DNA of 64,000 nt from Macrostomum hystrix. Lineage: Eukaryota; Animalia; Platyhelminthes. This document shows positions 11,163 to 22,998 of the stretch, in pieces (position 1 is the first letter of the stretch; every line of letters begins with the position of its first letter). A model generated the notes under the pieces. The model saw nothing but the letters and a program-made list of their open reading frames with translations. It was not told the DNA's origin and made no database searches. The DNA lies in assembly GCA_950097015.1 (NCBI GenBank), contig CATNEN010000038.1, positions 14,322,001-14,386,000 of the forward strand. Direction: 5' to 3'. The position numbers and the translations under genes were made by a program.

Positions 11163-11524
11163 TAATAATAATAATTGCAGGAGGGCTGCGGGCAATGGCA
11201 CGTCATTTGGTGACACTAGACCCGCAGCCAGCGAGGAGGCAATTCTGTCCATTTCGCTTACTCCTGAGCACACACGCACACAGATACTGTACGCAGGCAC
11301 ACACTCACACAGGTGTGTACATCTGCCCCGACTTTCCCATCGTCAGTCAGTGTGCACTCTCACTGTGCCTTGGAGATTGGCCCTCAACGGCGTAAATTGC
11401 ACGACAAGCCCCCAAGCCTTCTCTCCGCGGCTGCGCGACTAATAAATGTGGCCTCGCAGTGGAATCGAACCTAGGGACCTTGGTGCGAGAGGCAAACGCG
11501 TTAACCGCTCTGCCACCGGCCCCC
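11163..11524 (-). mobile_element. tRNA-derived SINE family A, full-length copy
   Basis: Minus strand begins GGGGCCGGTGGCAGAGCGG (A box)...GGTTCGATTCC (B box), ends in (TTA)n; six more copies or fragments in the window. Confidence 0.9.
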
Positions 11525-11698
11525 TACACATTTCCTTTTGTTTGCGCATATATATAGCTTGGTTTGAAAAAAAATTACCGTTAATTGAAATTTAGAATTT
11601 TACCTGATTTGTAGATGTACGAGCGTGTACGTTGCTTAAATTAGTCAGTGCCATTATTACAAGGCCTTTTAAGCCATAAGCTATTAAGGGGTCTGATC

Positions 11699-14445
11699 AG
11701 GGATCTTACAGGATCACAATGGGAATCCCATCGTATTTGGATGGGGGTCCCATCGCATTTGGATGGGGATCTTACAGGATCAGAATAGGAATCCCATTGT
11801 ATTTGGATGGGGATCTTACAGGATCAGAATGGGAATCCCATTGTATTTAGATGGGGATCTTACTAAATCACAATAGGAATCCCATTGTATTTGGATGGGG
11901 ATCTTACAGGATTAGAATGGGAATCCCATTGTTTTTGGATGGGGATCTCACAGGATTAGAATGGGAATCCCATTGTATTTGTATGGGGATCTTACAGGAT
12001 TAGAATGGGAATCTCATTGTATTTGTATGGGGATCTCACAGGATTAGAATGGGAATCCCATTGTATTTGGATGGGGATCTTACAGGATTAGAATGGGAAT
12101 CCCATTGTTTTTGGATGGGGATTTTACAGGATTAGAATGGGAATCCCATTGTTTTTGGATGGGGATCTTACAGGATTAGAATGGGAATCCCATTGTTTTT
12201 GGATGGGGATTTTACAGGATTAGAATGGGAATCCCATTGTTTTTGGATGGGGATTTTACAGGATTAGAATGGGAATCCCATTGTTTTTGGATGGGGATCT
12301 CACAGGATTAGAATGGGAATCCCATTGTTTTTGGATGGGGATCTTACAGGATTAGAATGGGAATCCCATTGTTTTTGGATGGGGATCTTACAGGATCAGA
12401 ATGGGAATCCCATTGTTTTTGGATGGGGATCTCACAGGATTAGAATGGGAATCCCATTGTATTTGGATGGGGATCTTACAGGATTAGAATGGGAATCCCA
12501 TTGTATTTGGATGGGGATTTTACAGGATTAGAATGGGAATCCCATTGTTTTTGGATGGGGATCTTACAGGATTAGAATGGGAATCCCATTGTATTTGTAT
12601 GGGGATCTTACAGGATTAGAATGGGAATCCCATTGTTTTTGGATGGGGATCTTACAGGATCAGAATGGGAATCCCATTGTTTTTGGATGGGGATTTTACA
12701 GGATCAGAATGGGAATCCCATTGTATTTGTATGGGGATCTTACAGGATTAGAATGGGAATCCCATTGTTTTTGGATGGGGATCTTACAGGATCAGAATGG
12801 GAATCCCATTGTTTTTGGATGGGGATCTTACAGGATCAGAATGGGAATCCCATTGTTTTTGGATGGGGATTTTACAGGATTAGAATGGGAATCCCATTGT
12901 TTTTGGATGGGGATCTTACAGGATCAGAATGGGAATCTCATTGTTTTTGGATGGGGATTTTACAGGATTAGAATGGGAATCCCATTGTTTTTGGATGGGG
13001 ATCTTACAGGATTAGAATGGGAATCCCATTGTTTTTGGATGGGGATTTTACAGGATTAGAATGGGAATCCCATTGTTTTTGGATGGGGATTTTACAGGAT
13101 TAGAATGGGAATCCCATTGTTTTTGGATGGGGATTTTACAGGATTAGAATGGGAATCCCATTGTTTTTGGATGGGGATTTTACAGGATTAGAATGGGAAT
13201 CCCATTGTTTTTGGATGGGGATTTTACAGGATTAGAATGGGAATCCCATTGTTTTTGTATGGGGATCTTACAGGATTAGAATGGGAATCCCATTGTATTT
13301 GTATGGGGATCTTACAGGATTAGAATGGGAATCTCATTGTATTTGTATGGGGATCTTACAGGATCAGAATGGGAATCCCATTGTATTTGTATGGGGATCT
13401 TACAGGATCAGAATGGGAATCCCATTGTATTTGTATGGGGATCTTACAGGATCAGAATGGGAATCCCATTGTATTTGTATGGGGATCTTACAGGATTAGA
13501 ATGGGAATCTCATTGTATTTGTATGGGGATCTTACAGGATCAGAATGGGAATCTCATTGTATTTGTATGGGGATCTTACAGGATTAGAATGGGAATCCCA
13601 TTGTATTTGGATGGGGATCTTACAGGATTAGAATGGGAATCTCATTGTATTTGTATGGGGATCTTACAGGATCAGAATGGGAATCCCATTGTATTTGTAT
13701 GGGGATCTTACAGGATCAGAATGGGAATCCCATTGTATTTGTATGGGGATCTTACAGGATCAGAATGGGAATCTCATTGTATTTGTATGGGGATCTTACA
13801 GGATTAGAATGGGAATCTCATTGTATTTGTATGGGGATCTTACAGGATCAGAATGGGAATCCCATTGTATTTGTATGGGGATCTTACAGGATCAGAATGG
13901 GAATCCCATTGTATTTGTATGGGGATCTTACAGGATCAGAATGGGAATCTCATTGTATTTGTATGGGGATCTTACAGGATTAGAATGGGAATCTCATTGT
14001 ATTTGTATGGGGATCTTACAGGATCAGAATGGGAATCTCATTGTATTTGTATGGGGATCTTACAGGATCAGAATGGGAATCCCATTGTATTTGTATGGGG
14101 ATCTTACAGGATCAGAATGGGAATCCCATTGTATTTGTATGGGGATCTTACAGGATTAGAATGGGAATCTCATCGTATTTGGATGGGGATCTTACAGGAT
14201 TAGAATGGGAATCCCATTGTATTTGGATGGGGATCTTACAGGATTAGAATGGGAATCCCATTGTATTTGGATGGGGATCTTACAGGATTAGAATGGGAAT
14301 CCCATTGTATTTGGATGGGGATCTTACAGGATTAGAATGGGAATCCCATCGTATTTGGATGGGGATCTTACAGGATCAGAATGGGAATCTCATTGTATTT
14401 GGATGGGGATCCCATTGTATTTGGATGGGGATCCCATTGTATTGT
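11699..14445. repeat. 44-bp tandem satellite (GGATCTTACAGGATTAGAATGGGAATCCCATTGTATTTGGATGG), about 62 copies
   Basis: Direct periodicity; internal palindrome AATGGG-AAT-CCCATT; explains the MGIPLFLDGDL ORFs. Confidence 0.97.
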
Positions 14446-15057
14446 AAATCCCATGGGATTTCATGGGATCTAGAAGGGATTCTTTCTGGATTTGAATGGT
14501 AAATTTTCTGGGGATTTCTTTGCTTTAGTCAACTCCTCAGTAGCTATAACTTGACAAGTTTATTTCTTGGTATTTTTATTAGTTGTCCACAGACTGACGA
14601 GAAGTCCACCTATTGCTTTTTATGAAGTCTGATTAGTCTGATCTTCAATTATTTTCAATTCACGAAGCAAATTGGTTTTTATTTAACTGTGTAGAATTTA
14701 CGAAAAAAGCAAACATTCTAAAATAAAAAAGCTGGACGGGTAAAAAATGATTTGAACGAACAGAAACTTCAATTGTTTATAAAGTCAGTAACACAAACTT
14801 TCTAAATAGTATTTAGTATCATATACACGTTCATGCATTATTTTGTATTTAGTTTAGTCATTTTGTATTTTTAATCCATTCTGTCGGGTAATCTCATGAA
14901 AACCTCATCCACTTCCGTAGTTACACTTCTCAGTAATAGCTGTACTTGACGCAGCTCAGATGACCTCGGAAAAATAAGTACTTCTTGCACTTGCTGAAAT
15001 GTTTTTGATTGGTTATTGACACCTTCATATCTTTCATTTGACAGTCCTCAAATCAGA

Positions 15058-15502
15058 AGGTAGACCTTCCTACAGTGTGTTCTTCACATGAACAGCTAGA
15101 CCTTCCTGTAGTGTGTTCCACCAATCAACAGCTAGACCTTCCTGTAGTGTGTTCCACCAATCAACAGCTAGACATTCCTGTAGTGTGTTCCACCAATCAA
15201 CAGCTAGACCTTCCTGTAGTGTGTTCCACCAATCAACAGCTAGACCTTCCTGTAGTGTGTTCCACCAATCAACAGCTAGACCTTCCTGTAGTGTGTTCCA
15301 CCAATCAACAGCTAGACCTTCCTGTAGTGTGTTCCACCAATCAACAGCTAGACCTTCCTGTAGTGTGTTCCACCAATCAACAGCTAGACCTTCCTGTAGT
15401 GTGTTCCACCAATCAACAGCTAGACCTTCCTAGCTGTAGTGTGTTCCACCAATCAACAGCTAGACCTTCCTGTAGTGTGTTCCACCAATCAACAGCTAGA
15501 CC
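15058..15502. repeat. 36-bp minisatellite (AGCTAGACCTTCCTGTAGTGTGTTCCACCAATCAAC), about 12 copies
   Basis: Near-perfect tandem copies without spacers. Confidence 0.95.
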
Positions 15503-15734
15503 TAGAAATAAGGCGCATGTTTTTACCGGTGGATGCCGCTAGAAAAGTGTCCGGTGCGACCCGCTGCTCCAAAGCCACGCTTGACCAGCTGGTCCTGCAG
15601 CCACTCAAGCAGCTCCTCTTTAGACAGCGATTCTGCGACGATCAAGTTGAAATAAGTGTCTTTTGTATATAAACAATATTGAATGTATTTCAATTCGCCT
15701 GCTGGTAAACTAAGAAAGTCACACCGCCAGAAAA

Positions 15735-15912
15735 ATCGGACCCGCGACTTTAAGGTCGGAGGTTCGATTCCTGACTTCTGACGACACAAGTTGAAGTCTG
15801 CGTTACTTCAGTTCAACCAGCTGTTAAATTGGCACTAGCATTAGCTAGGATAGTTGAGGGTGGGTGTGGCGTCCTCCCAGTCTATGGACTTAACAGCTGT
15901 ACACAGCCTTTA
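15735..15912 (+). mobile_element. tRNA-derived SINE family B, degraded copy
   Basis: B box GGTTCGATTCC plus the TTGAGGGTGGGTGTGGCG..CCAGTC.ATGGACT block shared with copies at 27.0, 58.0 and 62.0 kb. Confidence 0.75.
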
Positions 15913-15931
15913 AAAGCATAGAGCCATAGCT

Positions 15932-16265
15932 GAATAATAATAATTGCAGGAGCGGGCAATGACACATCATTTGGTGACACTAGACCCGCAGCCAGCGAGG
16001 AGGCAATAATGCCCATTTCGCTGACTCCTGAGCACAACCGCACACAGATAGTGTACGCTTGTAGGCATTCGCTCACACAGGTATGTACATCTTCGCTGAT
16101 TATCTCATCGTCACGCAGCGTTACACTTCAGTGTGCCATGGAGGCTGGCCCTTAAGGGCGTTAATTGCACGACAAGTCTCCAAGCCTTCTCTCCGCGGCT
16201 ATGCCCCAAATGAATGAGGCTTTGCCGCGGAATCGAGCTCAGGGATGTTGGTGCGAGAGGCAACA
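15932..16265 (-). mobile_element. SINE family A copy, 5'-truncated
   Basis: Matches 11163-11524 along its length, with TAA tail at 15933-15945. Confidence 0.88.
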
Positions 16266-16267
16266 GC

Positions 16268-16438
16268 TTACGACAATGCCAGCATGGCTGCACATGCGTC
16301 TCTGATCATGCACGTACACAAACAAATATCGATCGATCTCTTACCGTCTCCATTTTCGTCTCCAGAGACAGCCGGTGCCGCTTGAGTCACAGCAACCAGG
16401 ACAAAGAGCAGCAGTACAATTTGTGTCAGTTTGTTCAT
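16268..16438 (-). CDS. Putative 56-aa secreted cysteine-rich prepropeptide
   Basis: MNKLTQIVLLLFVLVAVTQA (signal-like, TQA|A), acidic pro-region APAVSGDENGDG, KR, then SIDICLCTCMIRDACAAMLALS; AAACATG start context; TATAAATA about 85 bp upstream. Confidence 0.6.
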   Translation of the reverse strand: MNKLTQIVLLLFVLVAVTQAAPAVSGDENGDGKRSIDICLCTCMIRDACAAMLALS

Positions 16439-16521
16439 GTTTTTACCTATTGAAATCGATATTCTTATTGTTTTCCTTAACGCTCTTGTCAAGACGTAGC
16501 GCTTGTGTAATGGTTGTTTTC

Positions 16522-16529
16522 TATTTATA
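16522..16529 (-). promoter_or_regulatory. Candidate TATA box of the small peptide gene
   Basis: TATAAATA on the minus strand, about 85 bp upstream of ATG 16438. Confidence 0.4.
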
Positions 16530-19500
16530 CTCTCGCAGCTTTTTACTGTGGAATTACTTTCTTAAAAACCAGCTGACAAGCTGAGCAGCTATTATAGTGC
16601 TTGGTTTCTCTCAACTAATATAAAAACGTGCGAGACTCTAGAGAGAATTGAAAAGGTCCGAAGAGATGGTCAAAGCAGTCTCATCATGAATAGAAAGATA
16701 GAAGCTACAGAGCAAACAAATAGAGCGTCAAATTTAAGCACGTGCTGGTATGCTCACGTCACGGGCTTTGCATGAGTAGCTCACAGGCACGCACACACAC
16801 ACACATGATAAATTTGTTTATTTCTTATCTCTTTCTTAACCGCTTCACAGTACAGGACCGAAACTGCAGCAGCAATGCACAATTAATTAGGAGAGCGGTG
16901 AGCATTTCGTTGCTATTCTAACAATTGGTATCCTAGTGAATCTGGATTAATAGCGAGAACTATATATTATTCTGTGAGCTGTGTTGGCTTAACCCAGGGC
17001 CCTTCATGGTGAATTAACTTTCAAGGCCGACTGACGTCAGCATCGTTGAGATATTCAGCGATTCTTCTCGAAGACCCAGCATGGTGACAAGGACTACTAA
17101 CATTCTCTGTATAAATAAGCCTGTTTTTAGCGAATCAAAATTGATTTTAAAAAATATAATTACCAATATTTCAGTCTACAATCAAATATAATCAACGATG
17201 CATGATGAAATTTTGTGAGAAGAAAATTAGGCCTAAATAAAAGTGTGTCTTTTGCCACAAAAACCACACACCGGCTGCTTGGTTTGTGACGCAATGAAAC
17301 ACAATGACCACACCCGAAGTTAATTTAACCGAATTTTCTCGAACGTCTGTATTCAGAGCTCAACCAGTATCTGAGTAAGGAACTGAGCAACAACGCGGTA
17401 CAGTGACCCAGATCCTCGCTCTGACAATTGCTGATCATTTTGTCTTTATTGACTTCCGAAAGGCGCATTTCAATCAGTGCTGAGCTGCGCTCCCAATCGT
17501 CCTTCGTTCCTACCTGATGTTGCAGCCATTGACGCCACTTACCATGTCGTTTTACCACAACGCGCATCCTTGCTCTGGTGACGGCGACTTCCTGTCTGAA
17601 TGTTCGATATTTTGACGGGGTGCTAATAAGGTTACTGTACGTTGATTCCGATTCTAATCGTTCTGCTCCTGAAACGGGTGCCCGAAGTGACAGCTTTCAT
17701 CACCAGTTAAATGCTCCCAACGCTAGATTAGTCGAGGCAGTTTCTTGCAGCTCTTTTAGAAAAAAACACATCATACTTATTTAGACATTAATTAGTCGCT
17801 GCTTTGATTGTTCATCAGTTAATATTTTATGAACTGGCCAGGGGAAAGCAGTAGTATAAAATTATAGTACTGCTCTGCTATTCTAGATGTATATTTTTAA
17901 GTTGCCTTTTGTTTACTCCCGTCTTCAGCTATGTTATTACAATTATATTATTATTTTTTTTTACTGAAGACTCGTTAATTACGGAACACGAATGATTAAA
18001 AATAATGTACTAGTACAAAATTACACATTTCCGAGAATGTATCGCTTTGTCTTACTTTCACATTAGTGCAGGTAGAGGCAGAGACATTTGCGTAGGTAAG
18101 TTACTACTGTAAAAAATGATATAGAGGCATTAGGTATGAGAAAATAGCAACATTATAACCTCAGGTTGTCAGCTTTTGTCTAAGACCTTGCCAAGAATTT
18201 AAATTTTACCCTTATCTAATTCTCATTTAACTTCAGCTTTTCTATTATCTATAGAACTAGAGCCCTTCTTATTGATGATAATACTGAAAATCACTGACTA
18301 TAGCAATTGAGTAACATTGTCTGACCCCGACTATGGTAAATTTTCAGAAGCACATAGTTAAAAAATTCCATCAAATAACCCTAATGTGTGAACTGTGAAT
18401 AGAAATATATTGTTATGGTCTCTTTCTATGTAACTGTAACCAAGTCTTTATAGGGTATCTAGATTAAAGTAGCACATGAGTTTTCAAACTGGACCAGTCT
18501 AGATATTTGTAAACTGTATTTTGTTTGGAGAGCTAACTCATAGGCAACAAATAGCAACAAGCATATTTTTAATGGCTTGTGCCTTGTGTATATTTGAATT
18601 TCTAATTTTATAGGCTTTTTAAAAGTATATTAGGCCTACTCTCTCTCTCTAAGAAATCTTAGTGTTTTTTGTTAATTCCTTTTTTCTTAGCCTAAGATAA
18701 TGTTTTACTTGTGATTACTTGCAAGTTTTTAATATGTAATTTTATAGCTAGTGTTCACTGTCTTGTATATGTATTTAAGCTATAGTCTGGTTATGAACTT
18801 AGGGCTTTTAGATTTTTATGACTTTTTGTTATTCAGATTTTTTTATTGTATAACTTAATAGTACAATGTTTTGTCTATTTTTTCTATTTTTGTGATTGAT
18901 ATTTCTATACAGTCATTATGTTGTTTTTTATAGTTATTTGTTAGGGACAGTAGTTCATTTTTGGTCCACTAATTAAAAATTTTAGCACCAAAAGTGGCTT
19001 TAGGACTAGGGAATACAATATATATATATGTTTTTAGTTTTGTTTTTTATATGTTTTTAATGCACATAGGCCTAATGTATTTAATGAACATATATTATAT
19101 TGCTTGTATATCTAGTACAACTTATAGTGCTATCCCTATGATAAACAAATCTTATTTGTAAGAAATTTTAGTTTGTATGCATCTTGCTATAGCAAATCAG
19201 TTCCCTTAGGCCTTAAGCTATTATATTAAGTTGTACAGGTTCTTTAGGTGGTAGGCCTATGCAATTAGAGTAAAGAGGTGACCATGTGGTTCAGCACCAT
19301 GAGCAGTAACACAACTTCAGCTAGTGATCATTTAAGTTATCAGCTTTGTCAGGTCTACATGTATTATAGATTATAGGTTCTGGATTCTGAACAAAAAATA
19401 TGGATGATATAGTGGTATGTAGTAATACATGACATTTGGCATTCACTGTATTTTTGTGATCAATAAATGAATGATCTCTATTTGCTTCTAGAGGTTGAAT

Positions 19501-19935
19501 CATAAATTTGTGATTTTTGATTGTGCAATCATAGTTTATATGAAAGATAGGCAATTTTGTTTTACATATTTTTATGCAATTTTTCTGATTTCACATCTTA
19601 AGCACTGAGGAATTATGTGACACAAATTTGGACTGAGATTGGAACTCCCGACCCCTCGCCATCTTGTTAAGAATTCTGAAGCATAAGCACTAGGCTACAG
19701 GCTATTGGCTATAAGCCAGAAAGAATAACAGTGGAAAACATTGCGAACTGACTGCAGGATATCGATTGGAAAATGATTTCATTTAAAGCATCGCGGGAGC
19801 AAATTGAAGATATAAAAATACCGAAGCCCGCAAACTACTCTACTGACAGTAGAAAATAAGGGTAACTACAAAGAAAAGTGGGTTGGGATTCGTGGAGGAG
19901 GAACACACTCCCGACAAGAATTCAGCAAGAATCGA

Positions 19936-20360
19936 TAGAAGAAGTACGGGACACTTCGTTTCTTGGAAATTTTATTAAAGGCTGATTTTTACGAAAAATG
20001 CACCTGCGAGGTAGGAACTTTTTAATTTTATTTTACACTAAAATGTTGATACGTTTTTATTTTAGGCTGATACAATGTCCTTCTTTTTATTTTCGTTTAT
20101 TTATCATGAGTCACAATAGCAACCAAATCAGACATGAAATTTGCCTATGGCTTGGCCTACTGATTCATTATAAATATAGGAAAATAAAATGAAGTTAAAT
20201 TATTCATAAATGTCTTTCTAAAATTCGTAGAAGCAACATGATTGGCGAGATATATTAAAAGAACAACGAAGTTCCTATCTCAATAATGCATTTTTCGTGG
20301 AAAAATCGGCCTTAAAAATCAATTTTCTAAGAAACTAAGCGTCCCGTCCTTCATCTTCTA
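19936..20360. mobile_element. Degenerate MITE-like element with about 65-bp imperfect terminal inverted repeats
   Basis: TAGAAGAAGTACGGGACACTTCGTTTCTTGGAAATT...AAAAATGCA at 19936-20002 is matched in reverse complement at 20288-20360. Confidence 0.6.
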
Positions 20361-20984
20361 GTGGTCTTTGAAATTCAGCTGCACCAGTTTGAAAACATAC
20401 GAATATTAGAAGCAATATTAAAACAATAAGGGTTGGGTCACCTATTTCAGTGTAATAGAAAATTGCAGTTTGCACTTGGAGTTGGCTGACCATTAACAAG
20501 TATAGCCACGGTCAAGCAAAACTGCACTCGCTTTAGCTATTAGCTGCCCTTCAAAAGACGCCGCGCCCCTTCTTGTCCTTGCAATTCCATATAGCCTTTA
20601 TATTTGCTATATATCGGCCACCCATTATGTTTGGCCAAACTGCAAGTTACTGAGTATGGCTTTCTATACCTTGTTCTCTTTTTTTCATTCTCTTAAATGT
20701 AGTGCTCTGCTCAGTTAAGTGGCCTTAACTGCCCACTTTACCATCTCTCTCCTCTCTCTCTTTCTCTCTCTCCTCTGCACGCGCAGTGAATATAGTGTTC
20801 CGCCTGTTTAATCTGACCACATCAAAGGCGCCGATTCTTCAACGATTCTTCGTATTTAAAGCAGCTTTCCTCTCCTTTCTCACTTTATTTTCTTCTGTTT
20901 TCTATAGCACTGCGGCCCCTTAAAGAGAAATTTCATTCTGCCATACAGGTCAGCGGGTAAGTTTAAATGTTTTTGTACGAATTC

Positions 20985-21560
20985 TCTACCAAGACTACCA
21001 AGCCATTCTGCCGCCCGTTTTTATACGAAGGGGGATTTCCCCAGAGTTTTTTTGGCAGCGCCTGAATGCTAGCAGTGTTGGGTGGTGACTGATTGGTTGA
21101 CATACTAGACAATGGTGTCCTGCAAGCTGCGCCTAGTAGTTAGACTTGATCAGTGAAATTGGAGAAAATCAGGGTTGTCCATAGTGGCCTAGCTCTACCT
21201 TTTGTAGCCCTTGAAGGTCCAACAGTCCGTCTAGATAAATTTAGGTGACCACCGAAGACGGAGATGATGCAGGCACACTCGGTGACATGCTGATAAATTT
21301 TGAAGGCCTGGCAATGCCCCACTGAAGCGCAGTGCTAATTAGTGTATAGGGGTGTATGAACTAGATGGTAAAAATCCGACCTTCGGCCAGAACCATTGAA
21401 TATCTCGACGGTCTGTAAGAGCTGGCGACTTGATTCTTGTTTCAGAAGATGCGCCACAAAAATTTGGCCCTTGTTCTTGAGTTTCGTGTGCTTGCATTGT
21501 CCCGTTCGGGTGCAGCACAAAAAATTGTCGGGGGGGGGATTCCCCCCATTGGTAGTTATG
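20985..21560. mobile_element. Unclassified dispersed non-coding element, copy 1
   Basis: Three blocks clearly homologous to 32255-32912; GGGGGATTTCCCC-type motifs near both ends. Confidence 0.7.
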
Positions 21561-22081
21561 CACTGTCAATGTCATAAAAATAGTTTCTGTAATTGATTCT
21601 CATATGTTTGTATGTGTGTGTTTTTATATTCGCCCGCTACAATCTGTTCTTCCCAACAGTCATTCCTCGTTATCTTGTTCCCCTGCACCCTTTCTCATTC
21701 TCCGTGTTCATAACTATAGATCAGTCTTCCCGCTCAACATTTTTCCTCTTTCATGTTGCCGCCCCTAGTGGCGGCATTCCATTCTATTTCTCTTTCATTT
21801 TATTTTCGTTGGTCGATCGACTAAACTAATTGCGCGGTGCATATCTTTAACAAATGGAGTTGCATACTTTTCCACTCTCTTGAGTTACCATTAATTCTGA
21901 ATAGTTTTTAATTCTGTTCTCTTGTTCCAATTCAAATATTAATCTTTTTTATGTTTGAAACACGCACAAATTTCGGTTGGAGATATTGTTGCAATTATAC
22001 TATATATTTGCGTCTAAACTGAAAGCAGAAGTTTTGTAAGCTATTGCGCTGCACTTCAAATTTCCCTGCACTGCACGCAGA

Positions 22082-22241
22082 ATTAAGTATAGAATAATTC
22101 CCCCCCCTGATTTCGCTTCTTTGGCCTAGGAAAGGCTGAGGACGCGTTTCTTGGCCGAGGCGAAGCCGAGGCCCAGAAGCGCAGTCCGAAGCTGTTCCAA
22201 GGCCATAGACAACGATTTCAGGGGGTATTATAGTATTTAAT
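22082..22241. repeat. Long imperfect palindrome centred on GAGGCGAAGCCGAG
   Basis: ATTAAGTATAGAATAATTCCCCCCCTGA...GCGAAGC...TCAGGGGGTATTATAGTATTTAAT. Confidence 0.7.
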
Positions 22242-22647
22242 CCTAAAGCTTGGCCCGGCTCACGAGATTGCAAACCTAAAACTGTTTACAGCAACTGTGA
22301 CCATAGACTATATGTTTAATCGGCCTAGGCCTATGCCGATTAAATAATAAAAGCACAGAATTAATAGCCAATAGGCCGGGCCAAGCTCGAGATTAAATTA
22401 AAAAAATGTAAATATTTTTCTACCTTCATTTTTTTCTATGGCCTAATCGTATTCTAGCAACCTTTTAAACGAAGAAACGAAAATTCTTGAATGAGATAGG
22501 ACTGGACAGTATTTTCATGTTTGTAAACAAAACAAAAAATAATTTTCATTACTCTAACAAATCTTTGAATTCCACGGCCATCCGATTCCAGCCGATTGAT
22601 TATTGTGTTTTCTATTCGTCTATGATTTATAACAAAATGCTAGATGA

Positions 22648-22998
22648 GCTGAGTGACCGGTCTAACGCGTTTGCCTCTCGCACCAAGGTCCCTGAGTTCG
22701 ATTCCGCGGCGAGGCCACATTCGTTTGGGTTGCAGACGCGTAGAGATAGCTTGGCGGCTTGTCGTGCAATTTACGCCCTTAAGCACCAACCTTAAAGGCA
22801 CAGCGAGAGTGTACACTGCCTGACGATGAGAATGTCAGGGCAGATGTACACACCTGTGTGAGCGTGTGCCTGCGCACGGTATCTGTGTGCGTGTGTGCTC
22901 AGGAGTCAGCGGAATGGGCAGAATTGCCTCATCGCTGGCTGCGGGTCTAGTATCTCCAAATGATGTGCCATTGCCCGCAGCCCTCCTGCATTTAATAA
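22648..22998 (+). mobile_element. SINE family A copy
   Basis: Reverse complement of 11163-11524; B box GAGTTCGATTCC. Confidence 0.9.

Noticed and set aside
11180-11262. HDV-ribozyme-like segment in SINE A (minus strand GCC-TCCTCGCT-GGC, matching HDV P3/L3, followed by TGCGGGT)
   Set aside because: The potential P1 5' strand (GCCCGCA) lies downstream rather than upstream, the P1.1 GG is missing, and the same bases fit simple hairpins. Treated as coincidence unless a cleavage assay shows otherwise.
12313-14502. Many ORFs in tandem arrays (also 5155-5770, 15075-15542, 37663-39281, 49755-50518, 52912-54235)
   Set aside because: They are translations of satellite units in several frames with no protein-family signal.
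15058-15502. 36-bp repeats resembling CRISPR repeat length
   Set aside because: Units are contiguous with no unique spacers, there are no cas genes, and the context is eukaryotic.
17325-17784. Moderately GC-rich stretch with short ORFs
   Set aside because: No recognisable domain or consistent splice structure; possibly a decayed element.
22810-22852. CTGACGA hammerhead-like core in SINE A
   Set aside because: It is paired within a single long hairpin, and I could not build a three-stem junction with GAAA and an NUH site.
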